Assembly: GCF_006345805.1 (NCBI RefSeq)
Contig: NC_043001.1
Span: 107,012,001-107,076,000 of the forward strand
Source of the DNA: Octopus sinensis
Lineage: Eukaryota
Direction of reading: 5' to 3'
Length of the DNA stretch: 64,000 bases
This document shows, one piece after another, positions 14,357-27,600 of the stretch. A program made the position numbers and the translations under genes. Every line of letters begins with the position of its first letter. The stretch's first letter is position 1. The notes below the pieces were generated by a model. It saw only the letters and a list, made by a program, of their open reading frames with translations. It searched no databases and was not told the DNA's origin.

Positions 14357-17300
14357 TCCTTGTCTTCACATCACAGAATAGTTAAAAACAAGCACTGCTG
14401 TAATACTGTTGAAGAAAGGGAGTCCCTCATTTCTGGCCATAGGGAAATATTATCTTGCTTGGAAATGAGTGAGGGATGGTGACAGGAAGGGCATCCAGCT
14501 ATAGGAAATTTGCCTCTGACCCATGCAACCACATCCGTATCTGATAAATTTCATAAAATTAATGAAATATTACTGCTTATCAGCTAGACTTTACACATTT
14601 TCCTCTGATAGCAAGAGGTTTAATGCAAGTTTAGACATATGCACATCGTTAGTGAAATGGATAATGATATCATTTCTTACATTAAGCACTGAACTGTGGC
14701 ATGCTCTATCAGCTTGGCAGATTGATGCAAGCAGAATTTTTTTATTGTGCCACAAATGTCACAGTTGTAGCAAACTTGAAATTCAACCTAACTCTTGACA
14801 CTTAATCCTTTAGCATTTAAACTGGCTTTATCAGGTTGAAATATTCTACCTGTTTTATGTTCAAACTGGCCAGATCCAGCCTCTCATGCCTTCCCAACAG
14901 TTTCATTCTAAAAAGAGAAACAATGTGAATAGATAAGCATTACATATGACAGTAATCTTGAATGCTCCTTAAAAATATCAGTTATATGAAAATTGTTGTT
15001 GGTAAATGAACATATGAAACCATTTTTAAATATTTCCTTTTAAGAAAATCTTGTTTTTGCTTTATGCCTTTTTCTCCTGAATTAATAAATTCAAGTTCTT
15101 TGTTCTTTTTCAGGGAAATTTTATTGGTCCCCAGATGCCAGCATTACAAACTAATTTTAGAGTTGTAAATGGGTCCCACAGTAAGTTTTCTTTTTAAATT
15201 TAATTTTCACTTTTTTTTTTAATATTATAAAGTGAGATTACAAAATGTTTGTCTGTAGTCATCAATGAAGGATTATTTTGTTGATGAGATATTATTCTAA
15301 AAATAGTGTTTTAAATTTCAACTAAAATAGTTAAGAGATTTTTCATTTGCTGTGCAGCTATTGTTTTGACTAGTATCACACTTCATTATTGATTCTAGTT
15401 ATATTTATCGAAGGTGGTGACATGATGAGGGCTGGTCAACCACATCTTGATGAGAATTTTAATTTCTAGATGTTAGTCTCTATTTGCATTTCAACTGAAC
15501 TCTGGATAGTAATTACAATTTTTGCTTGCCTACTGCCTGAAAGTTTTCCCATACAATTCTTATAATTTCAAGGATACAGTTTTTTTTTTCTTTGTATTTA
15601 AAAGATGTCCCTAATCTTGAACTTTATTTTTAAAAAAAAAAAGGATGCTAATCTGTAGAATGAAAGTATTGGATCTTAAATGATGGTATAAATTGGAATG
15701 CTTTTTACCGTTTGTAATTTCTTATTCTATAACAAGGTAGGTCTTTGTAAGTTTCTCTGCCTCCCTGCTGAAAATCTTCCAAGTCAAATAAAGTTGATAA
15801 TCATTTACTGCTGATCCCCTGTGTATTACATTCAGTTGTCAATTTGGATATTTAATTTTCAATTTTTGTTTTCACTGATTACTAATTACTGCAAATATTA
15901 GACCATTACTGGTTCCAGCCAGTTGGCTGTGGCCACACCTATTATTAAATTGTCTTAACTACTCATGTTTACCTTGTCTTAAGTCATTTTATCTTCTTGC
16001 ATTCCTTGATATGTTGTTTAGTTATTTAATATATTTGTAACTTGTGTGTCTGTGTATATTTGTATTTTATAAGTAAGCACTAAAAAACTGGATGATTCAT
16101 ATCCAAGTTTTCAATCGTTAATATCTGTCTGTTAAGCATTACATAAGTGATCTTTGATTTTTTTGTTTTTAATTTTTTTGGCGAATGTATAGAAATGATA
16201 CATTTTAATTTATAAGTGCAAATTCACAATTTCTTTTTTTCAAACTCAATCTTATTTTAACAACTCAGTTTTGAGTTTACTTTAGATGGCTATGCTCCAT
16301 TAATAACAAGCTAAGCTTTCAGTATTTCTTGACTTTAAAAAGAAAAGGTATCTTCAGTATTTCATTAAATAAGTGATATAGTCTTGTTGCATTAGACGGG
16401 GTAGTTTTAGACCAGTTTTACCAGGTTCTCTCTTATTCAATGATTACCAAGGCATGGAACACTTTTCTAGTACTTTACAGCTAATTTTAGTGTCCTAATT
16501 AAGCCGTAACATTGCCAATTCTCTTATAGAGGAGCAGTGCATCAACTATACCAGTTTGCTTAATGTTTTAGTTAAATTTTCCTCATGTCATGATTTTCAT
16601 GGCTGTTTTATTAAGCATACTTGGTTTACTTCCAGGGTCTCCAGTGCTGAATGATGTTGGCACGGCACTTCAACGCAAGAACAATACACTTCAGACCTTG
16701 TATTCCCCAAAGTCTTTGGTAGACACTGGCAATAGCAATGCTTCAAAGGCTACTCCACTGCCAGACAAACGTGATAAAATCTCTTTTGGTATTAGTAGTT
16801 TTGCAAAAGCAGATGGCACCAAGTCAGCTTCTGACCGCAGCAGTAAGACTGGGGACGCCAAACCTAGGATTGTAATGCAGATAAAAAATGGTATTGTAAC
16901 CACAATTGAAAAACCTGCTAATGGAAGCATTAAAGTGGTGAGCAAGCATGAAGAGGAGGTCTCCAAGCTGGTTCCTTATACTGGTGACTCTGAATCTGAT
17001 CAGGAGAACAAAAGCAATTCTATCTGTTCACCTCCTCACGTACATCAAAAGAACAAAGCTAGTAGTGAAACCTTTAAACATAGTGAAACTAAGTTAGATT
17101 TATCTTCTAATGATGATAAAGTGGTTTTTGACCAGAGTTTAAATGCCACCACCTCTGTTCCAGGAAACACTCACCTTTTAGAAACAACTAATCGTGAAAG
17201 AACTAACTCTCGAGATATTCGTTCTCCTGATAGATATTCTTTATCTTCTTCTTTAAGACACAAGGATTTGACCTTGAAGCTGCACAGTCGACATTCACAG

Positions 17301-19479
17301 TCAAAATGTTCTCCTGTGGAAAAAAGTACCTCTAGTACCGTCTGTTCAACAGCTACCTCAGTTGTTGCCATTGCTGGAGTTTCACAACCTTTAGATACAT
17401 CTGCTACAGGGAAACTGAAACCTGCAAACTTGTTTCTTCCATCTCAAGAATCTTCACCTAGCTTATCTTCATCGGCATCAGCATCGACTGCTATCACTAG
17501 TTCAAATTGTGCAACAGATTGGCATGTGTTTGATAAAAGCAGTGTCTCGACTAGTACAAAACCTGAGTGGCAACCAGCAGGCTGGAGTGTCACAAGTAAA
17601 GAGAGTTTGGCCAGTAGTAGTAGTAGTAGTAATAATAATAATAATAATAACAACAATAATAATAGTAATAATAATAATAATAGTAGTAGTAGTAGTAATT
17701 TACTAGATGAATCTTGTCTGGAAGGAACAAGAGAAGCTATTTCTAAGTCAGTTTCTGACAGTGGCATTCAGACAACATCTGGAAACAGTAGCTCAGTGAT
17801 GGAGTGTTCTACTTCAACTACAGTTTCTTCTAATATTGTTGACTTGTTGCCAAAGGAAAATTGTAACCAACAGACATCGACAATTTCTGTTAAAGAGGAA
17901 CCAAAGAAAACACCTCCGTCTACAAGTGAACTAGATACTGGAAAGCCATCAGAACCTGTAAAATCAAAGTCAACCATGTTTAATACTTCTAATGTCACTA
18001 ATGTTGTAACTTCTTGTCCAACTCCTATAGTGATAACTACGCCACATAACACACTTGTTAACACCAGCCATGCTGAAATTTCTGCTGTTAGTGGCCGACA
18101 TTCACACAAAAAACACAAAAAGCACAAACGAAAGCGTCACAAGGAAGAGAACAGACAGAACCGTGGGGAAATTGAGGAGGAGGAGGATGTTGATGGAAGA
18201 TCACCAAGAAAGAAAAGACATAAAAAGCACAAGCATAAAAGAGAACTATCATTTGGTGATGATCGTATCGAAGATCCTTCTGCAGCTCAGCTTTTCCGTG
18301 AAAAAGATTTAAAAATAGATTCTTCCGAGTATGAGTGGGTTGAAAGGACTAAAGAGAATTTTAGCGCTGTTGACATTTCTAGGAATAGTTTAATTTCTTC
18401 TTCCAGTCGGGAAACAGTTTCTGAATCTTCAAAGGAACTGCTCTCCAAAGGTCATACTGGTTCTCAGGCCAACCAGAAAGTTAGCAAAGAAACCGTTGAT
18501 TCGGTGTTATCACTGTTACAAGGTCCAGCTGAGCCTCCTCTCTTACCACTTCCATCACACCAGAGACACATAGTAAAGAGTCAAACTACAAAGGCACCGA
18601 GGCCAGTTGTTGAAAAGGGAAACAATGGCTGTGTAACAGAGGGTTTAACATGGTCCACAGGAGAGGGGTCCACAAAGACTTCTGTTAGCACCGTCAAGGA
18701 TAATCCTGCCAAAAATAAAATTTTGAACTCTAACGAAAAATCCTTGAGCTATCCGGTTGGATGTTCAAGTGAGAAATCTGCTGGTAGTACTGCAAGCACT
18801 GTAAATAGGTTATCATCGCTTCCAAGCTCTGCTCAAATATCCAGCACGAGAACTGATGGCCATTCTAAGAGACACTTAATAGACTGCTTTTCTAAATCTC
18901 TAGATAGTTCCAATCAACCTTACTATCACAAAAATCAGTCCTCTTCATATATGGAGAATAGAATTTCCAAGTCATCAGGAAGATCTGTGTTGTCTCTTGC
19001 TGAGCGAGAGAACAAAAGCTCTGGGGTTAATGAGAAAGGGGCAATGTTGTCAGCTGAGCCCAACAGACACTCCAGAGCCAATATGGAGAGCAGGCATGCC
19101 AGACAATCTGGTAAGTTGGTTTTCTTAGCTGCGGCTGAGCTGGGTCATTTATCTTTTACTGATGGGCACCGTTCATTTTTTAATATTCCATCGCACACTT
19201 TGTATATATATATTTTTTTTGCCTAATATTTTGTTTCCTCCTCACTTTTTCTAAAGTAGATCTATAGTTAAGCATGATATTCCGCATAATATTCCTCCTT
19301 TCTTCCTGCAAAATGGCTAACCCCTATAATTATGAGTGTACGTCTCTCTCTACTTCTCTTTACCTCTTACCCATTCTCATCTCTTATCTACCCAACTATG
19401 CACATACATGTATATACACACACGTGTGTTTTGTGTGTGTGTGTGTGTACACACATACATATGTCTAAACATGTATGTC

Positions 19480-19525
<46 letters not shown>

Positions 19526-22064
19526 TCCAAACATGTATGTATTCACACACACACATACATAAACGTGTATGTATACACACACACATACATACATACTTAC
19601 ATCTAAACGTGTATGTATACATTTATACATATATTCATGTATGTACATACATATAAATGCATATATCTGCACACACGAATATTAATATATACATGTGCAT
19701 ATACACATGCACATATTTATGCAAACACACACATTTGTATTCCATGAATCAGTCTGGTAGGAATAATATATCTTTAATGTACTTTGTTGTAATTTTTATT
19801 GCACATCCATGCTTTGCAAGTTAGTCTGAGTCTTAATTAGCATTTCGTATGATAGCTAACAGATAGAGTTTAAAGGATTCAAAGTGTTAAGCTTTGCACT
19901 GGTATCTAGAATACTAAGAATAACTGGTATCTAACACTATAAAAAGTTCTTGCTATGTGTTGGGTGGGTTTTGTGTGTAGATAGAAAACCTTGTCTTGAT
20001 CTTGTCTTTCCTGATTTTAAGTACAGTTTTTTTGTTGTAGTAGAGTCAGATGTGGTTATAAGCTGCTGAAATATATACCTGGTCTTAGGTTTGTTTATAG
20101 AGAATGCTAGCAGACTGTGGCTATGCTGGGATACTGCTTTTGAAGAATTTTAGTTGAATGAATCAACCTCACTACTTGCTTTATTTTTTCAAGTCTGCTG
20201 CTTATTATATTACTATATTTTTCTGAATTGCTAAGTTACAGGGACACAAACACACCAACACCAGATCCACTCACAAAGCCTTGGTCGGCCTGAGGCTATA
20301 GTAGAAGACACTTGCCCAAGGTGCCAGGCTGTGGGACTGATGCTGGCACCTTGTGGTTAGGAAGCAAACTTCTTACCACACAGCCATGCCTACACCTATT
20401 CAAACATTTGAGTAAATGTTTAACCCCTTCGTTACCAACCCGGCTGAAACCGGCTCTGGCTCTGTTGTACAAATGCCTTGTTTTCTTAAGGCTTTAATTA
20501 GAATCTTCCACTAAACCTTAGTCACAATTTATGTTCCTAACACTAGCTGAATGATAACTAAGTTATTTTACTAAATTCTTTCTTATATTTAAAGTAATTG
20601 AAAGAAACACAGAGCATCTCAAAATAAATACAGTAACGAAAGGGTTAAAAACTATCACTAAGCTGAAGAAGTGGGAAGTGAAGTGAAAATAATGCAGTGA
20701 GTTTTGTGATGTTATAAATGACTTGTTCTAGTTCACTTAATGCAAATTCAAACACCTGCAGATGTCAATAACCAGACTCTTGTAAATCCTGTCTGGAGGA
20801 GGATGTTTTGTAAAGTATGATGGAAGAGTGGTTAAGAGAATAGCTCAAAATATCTAAAGTAAAGTGGGAATGTACGCATGCTTCTTGTGCATATTTTTGG
20901 TCTGCTAAAAAGAAAGGTGAAATATGCTGTAGAAGGGGAGTAATTCTTGAAGAAGAAAAAGAATATAATTTTGTCAACTCATTTTTTAAAATCCTTTACT
21001 TGTTTCAGTCATAAGACTGGCCATGCTGGTGCATTGCCTTGAAGAATTTTTACTCAACGGAATCGACCCCAGTATTTTTGTTTTTGAAAGCCTGGTACTT
21101 ATTCTATTGGTCTTTTGCTGGACTGCTAAGTTATGGTGATATAAACACACTAAACCAATTGTTATAACAAAGATACGCACACACACACATACGACAGGCT
21201 TCCTCTAGTTTCCATCTACCAGATCCACTCACAAAGCCTTGGTTGGTCCAAGGCTATAGTAGAAGCCACTTGCCCAGCGTGCCATGCAGTGGGACTGAAC
21301 ATGGAACCATGTGGTTTGTAAGGAAGCTTCTTACCACACAGTCATGGAAACTTATTTAGTTTCTTATGTATTTTGATATTGTAGACAAATGTGTTGGCTA
21401 GATTTTGGTGAATATCTTGTAAGGTATGGAAATAAGTTTTCATGGAAGTTTCAGTGAAAGAGATCAGTGTTTCTGTAAGGAGTCTGTGGTCTTGTGACAA
21501 AAAGACTTCATTTTGGAAGTTGAATTAAGAAATTCCTGGTGTTTACTAAAGTGTTAACACTTTTGTTATGACAACATTCATATTAAGAATTACAAGTTTG
21601 TTGTGTAAAGAATTCCATGCTTAGAACTTGAAAATTAACCAGATGCATTTATTAAAAAGTAATCTTTGACTCTTTTTATTTGGTTTTTATGTTTTTGTTT
21701 GTTTTATAGATATGCTTTGTGCTGTCAGTATTTTAGTTTTAATGATGTAACATATATATGTGACATGTAAAAAGCACCATCCGAATGTGGCCAATGCCAA
21801 TACCCCCTGACTGGCCCCTGTACCGGTGGCATGTAAAAAGTGCTATCTGAACATGATAAATGCCAGGCCCGCCTGACTGGCTCCTGTGCTGGTGGCATGT
21901 AAAAAGCACCCATTACACCCTTGGAGTGGTTGACATTTGAAAGGGCATCCAGCTGTAGAAACCTTGCTAGATCAGATTGGCGCCTGGTGCAGCTGCTGCT
22001 TCGCCAGGCCTCAGTCAAATCATCCAACCCATGCCAGCATGGAAAAGGGACGTTAAATGATGAT

Positions 22065-22097
<33 letters not shown>

Positions 22098-24615
22098 CAT
22101 ATATCAGTATGTGTGTTGCTCCTGTGCTCTCGAGCACATGGGGCTGCAAGCTTACACTCAGGTTTCTGCTGACTGCAGTTTTCTTTACCTCCACCCATGC
22201 AATATTAGCATTTCGCATTTTGCTTATCAATGAGGTGTGTCATAAAGTTTTTGGTCTTCTCTGAAACAGCTTTCAGACAGACACAATGAAGGAGAAGAAT
22301 TTCTCTCTCCATTGTATCCTTCTGAAAGCTGTTTCAGAATGGTATTGTTTTGGTAACCAAACTATATGTCCAGCTAGTTTCAACCTTCATTCCGTGATGA
22401 TTTCACATGGTGGTCTTTTGTCGATTTCCTTTAGAATGTCTTCATTGGTTATGTGCTCTTGTCAGTATGTTCACAGAATCCATCTCGAGCATCTTTGATG
22501 GAAGACATCTAGCTTTCCGTCTATTTCCCCAGTGCTCGTCCATGTCTCACTGGCATGAAGGTGTGTAAGCTGATGGTCTTGGAGGAGAAGGTAATGCACA
22601 TTCTCTGGAATGTGACTGCAGCTTAGTGTGTGTGCTACTTCTCTACCCATCAGTAATTTCATTCATTTTATTGTGACTGCCTCTGATTATTCTCTTACTG
22701 GGACTTGAAATTTCTTTTATAAAATCATTCTCTTGAGGTTCACCATACTCTTTGACTGCCAACTACCAATTTTATTGAATTGATCTGATGAAAAGGTGGA
22801 ATTGATTCTGGATTTAAACATTTGAATTCTGAGCATTTATTTAGAAAGCAACTTGGCAGTTATCTCTTTGTATACCACGATTTAATAACAAAGTTCTAGT
22901 CACAATTGTTATCTCTTTTCTTGATAGTTTTTTGTTCATGCGTTACTACTATTTGAAATGGTGTGTTTTTTTTAAAGCAGCCAATAATTCTGTTGCTTTA
23001 GATAAGCTATCTCTATTATCATCCTTTGCAGAACAGAGAAAATCAGATTTTTTTTTTTTCCAGTGACCGAAAAATTTATGGATTTGGTCAAGTCATGCAG
23101 GTTGTTGACTGAGTCTTTAATGTAATGAGGGGAAAGAAAGGTGGTGAGCTGGCAAAATCGTTAGCCTGTTGGGCCAAGTTCTTAGTAGCATTTTGTTTAT
23201 CTTTGCATTTCTGAGTTCATATTTTGCCGAGATCAACATTACCTTTCACCCTTTCAGAGTCGATAAAATAAGTACCGGTTGTGCAATGGGGTTGATGTAA
23301 CTGACTTAGCCCCTCTCCGAAATTGCTGGCCCTGTGTCAAAATTTGAAACCAATGTGATGAGGGGAATGAAATAATTTTACATTGAATGGTTACTACGTA
23401 AATGCAAAAAAATGGTAATAAGTAATAGATTCACAAAATACTGTTAGGCTAAAAAAAAAAAAACCTATACATCTACATTATTTGCATTGAGGACAGATAT
23501 GTGTCCTCACATTGTTTGTTGTATAATTTTGAACCCAGCCCTGGGTTCAAAATTCTACCAGGAGACCTGATGAAGGGTGGAGAGTAAATCAGCTGCAATG
23601 TGGTAACAGCAAACAAGATGAAGACACATATCCGCCCTATGTAAGTAATGTACTGAATTCCTCACCTCTAAAATATAGAACAGTAGACATTTACATCAGG
23701 CTGTAGTTTGTGTGTGTGTGTGTGTTATGGACATGGTAAAATAGGTGCTGTGAAGTAGTTCTGTTTATGGGTTAAGTCTCATGTGGTTGTCAATAACCAT
23801 TTAATGCTCATGTTTGTGCTGTTTTGATTTATATTCTGTTTTGTTCTTCTCTTTCTACTTTTGTTGAGATTTATTCTTAAATTACCACTTATGATAATCT
23901 GTTATAGGTGATAGCAATGGAGATAGATCAATAAATATAAAGAAAAAATAGCCGTAACAAATATGTTAAAATCTTCGGAATATTTTAGTCTTGAGTCTTG
24001 ATGTTTTGAGTTGAAAATTCCTTTTCTAAAGCTTTTATTCTTTTGTTATCATATTTCTATTGAATACACTATCCTTATATCGAATAACTTTTAAAATAAT
24101 GAAGAATTTAGCAAAATAACTACCAGAGAAAGCAAGAGAGATATAAATTATAAAATGTCTGCAAAATGCACACCTTCTTTCTTTGATGTTTTTTCAAAGC
24201 TTTTGTAAAAAAAAAGTTTTTAACTTAAAATATCAAGATGAATATGTTAACTGCCATGGCTCATTACTAGACTTTACTGGTGATGCCATGTATTTCTGGT
24301 CACACTGCATTCTGTTTAAATACAAAGAAATGTAATTTTTTTTTTTTGCATTTTCATAATTAAACTTTAATATTTTAGCACTTACATTCACAGGGAAACA
24401 CAGTTTTGTTGCATTAATACCAACACTTATTCTTAACTCATTTGAGCATGCTGAATTCAAATCTGAAGTTTTTTTGTGGAAGCTCTAGATTTTATGCAAT
24501 TCAACTCTATCTTTTTTTCCTTAAAATTTGGACGCTTCTCTCATGGCGCCATGGCCCGCTGAAAAATTTATGGCCATACAGTCTTAAAATCAAACTCAAA
24601 ATAACTGCCTGATAC

Positions 24616-24658
<43 letters not shown>

Positions 24659-27600
24659 AAAATGGAGGGGATCAACAGGTGGTATTCATCAACTTTTAGA
24701 TATATTATGTCAATTTATTTATTTACTAAAAGGACAATTATAACAATATACATACATGCATAACATATACTTTCCATATATAATATATAAAATATAAAAT
24801 TATAAGTAATTATTAAAATATATAACATATAGCAATAGAAATTGGGATAATATCTTACAGCTGTTTCGGCCAAGAGGCAAAAATACCTCATTCTACCTTT
24901 ATCCCTCCAGTAGATTGAAGTAATTAGTAGTTGAAAATACTTGGGTGTTTTTCCAGGCTTTGTCAGAGATTTTAGAAAGTACATATGGTTAAGTTATAAA
25001 TATAAATGCACACATACATACTTTTACATATACAGGTATATACATAAATATACATATACCTACACTTAAATGTACATGCATATGTGCATGTATATGCATA
25101 CAAATGAATCAATTATTATCATTAGATGCATTATATTATTCATATTAGATAAAAATATAAACAGAGGTATGAGAAAGTTATTATAAGAGGAGTAATATTG
25201 TAATTTATAAAATCAGTATATCTTAAGATTATTTTAGTTATGTAAGAATGAAACTATATACATGAGGAACACACACACACACATATAAACATATATATTT
25301 CTGTACATACATACTCATTGGTACATACGTATTAGATGTGTTTAGAAGGGAGGATTAATGCAGTAGTTTGCGTCATTGTAATTATATAATTATAACAATA
25401 ATACACAAACTTATATTTTCATATAAACATAGAAGGCGCAGGAGTGGCTGTGTGGTAAGTAGCTTGTTTACCGACCACATGGTTCCGGATTCAGTCCCAC
25501 TGCGTGGCACCTTGGGCAAGTGTCTTCTACTATAGCCTCGGGCCGACCAAAGCCTTGTGAGTGGATTTGGTAGATGGAAACTGAAAGAAGCCTGTCGTAT
25601 ATATATATATATATATATGTATGTGTTTGTCCCCCTAGCATCGCTTGACAACCGATGCTGGTGTGTTTATGTCCCCGTTACTTAGCGGTTCGGCAAACAG
25701 AGACCGATAGAATAAGTACTGGGCTTACAAAAGAATAAGTCCCGGGGTCGAGTTGCTTGACTAAAGGCGGTGCTCCAGCATGGCTGCAGCCAAATGACTG
25801 AAACAAGTAAAAGAATATGTTTATTTCTGTTATTTTTTTCTTTATGAAGTAGTTGAAATCCTGTGGGGAGGGGTTATTTTTGTCCTGTAATCTAATAGGT
25901 CATCTGTTGTTTTGAAAGGCCTTGCCTTTGTTATGGTTGGTTAATTGATAACCGATAAAATAAAACAAATTAGGCAATATATATATATATATATATATAA
26001 AACAAAAACAAACAAAACAAAATGTAGATGATTTCATACATACATATGTGTATATATATATAATCCTGACATATTGTCTTCTGTATATAACTATACCTAC
26101 ATATTACCAAATTGTAGTCATTATCAGTAAAAATATACTCAAAATCTATTATATCTGACAAATTGTTTCAAATGCAAGACTCCATCTTACAAAATGCTGA
26201 AATGCAAGACTCCATGTAATATTGTTAAGTCACTTAATTAATAAACCCCTTAGTCATTTAGTCCTCCAAAATATCTTACAATCTATTTATTTATCCAATT
26301 TTAATGTTATATTTGAGATGTGATGGAGTTAGGGTTTATTTATAAAAATAAAAAAATGGAGGGAGGTAACTCTAGATTTAAATATCTCAAACAACTTATT
26401 AACCAATTAGCTAACTAACTAATTAATTAATCAATCAGTCAATCCAATCCTTGGTTATATAATGAGGTTGCACATCATAGTCTATAATCATATACCTACA
26501 TATGCATATATAATACATACATGATGCGATAGGGTCGATGATGGGTGCCGGTGAGGAGGGTGGTGTTGGAGAGGTAAGGGCAAGTGCAGCAGCGTGGGCG
26601 GGAGCAGGGGAACGTGCCAGGTGGGGAGGTAGGGTTGGGGAAGAAGCTGTGGACCAAGAGGTCTCGTAGATTGTGGGCTCGTTTGAAGGAGGGGAGGAGT
26701 CGCTTAGGAAAGCTCTGTGAAGTGGACAGGTTGGACAAGATGCCGGAAAGCTCGAAGAATGGTGCGTTGGAGAAGTAGGGTGGTGGGGTGGTAGGTGAGG
26801 GGAAAAGGGAGGCGGGAGACTGCAGGGCGGGTTTGGAGGAAGAGAGCAGATGCACAGTCAACGGAACGTGCTCTGGCAAGGGCGGTATGGATAGTGTTGA
26901 GGGGATATCCACGTAGGATGAAGTGGCAAGCCATGAGTTGAGACTGAGTCTGAAAGTCATGGTCGTCACTACAGAGCCTGCATAGATGGAGGAATAGGGG
27001 ATGGAAAGCTTGGTGTATTTGGGGTGGGAGGAGAAGTTTAGGTATGAGTGTGAGTCTGTGTGTTTGTAGTGGATGGAGGTGGTAAGAGTGGAGTGATGAA
27101 TGCTGACCGAAATGTCAAGAAAGGAGACAGGTGTCAGAGATAGTGCAGAAGTGGAGGGCAGGATGGAAAGATTTGACGAAAGAGAGGAAGGAGTCTAGAT
27201 GTTCGCGGGAGAGTGAGGTGGCACCGATACAGTCGTCAATATAACGGCCATATAGTTCGGGAATGGGACCAGTGAAACTAGAGAATATTTGGGCCTCAAC
27301 ATTGCCAACGAACAGGTTTGCATAGTTGGGGCCCATTCTCATTCCCATGGCCACTCCCGAGATCTGCTGGTAGAACTCGCCTGCGAACAAGAAGCAGTTG
27401 AGTGAGACAAGTTCGACCAGATGAACGAGGGTAGAGGTGTCGGGTTGAGGATTGGGTCGGAGGTCCAGGAAGTGTTTAAATGCACACAGCCCCTCGTGGT
27501 GAGAGATCACAGTGTAGAAGCTCTGGATATCCATTGTAAAGAGAAGTTTGGAGGAGCCAGGAGTGAAGGAGAAAGAGTTGAAAAGACGAAGAGCATGGTT

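Noticed and set aside
15422-15498. Possible intronic C/D-box snoRNA (ATGATGA at 15422, TGATGA, CTGA at 15495)
   Set aside because: No terminal stem, no properly placed D' box, and no rRNA-complementary guide that I could recognise; such motifs are frequent in this AT-rich sequence.
16590-16635. ATG start of the 878-aa ORF as a separate single-exon gene
   Set aside because: The first 46 nt are intronic. A phase-compatible acceptor at 16635 joins the ORF to upstream USP36 exons, and a donor at 19111 joins it to downstream ones.
17444-17767. Antisense poly-Leu ORF and overlapping poly-Ile/Val ORF
   Set aside because: Alternative-frame readings of the AGT/AAT coding repeat.
22115-22185. Small hairpin TGTGCTC-TC-GAGCACA as part of an H/ACA snoRNA
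   Set aside because: Only a 7-bp stem; no clear hinge box, second hairpin or terminal ACA.
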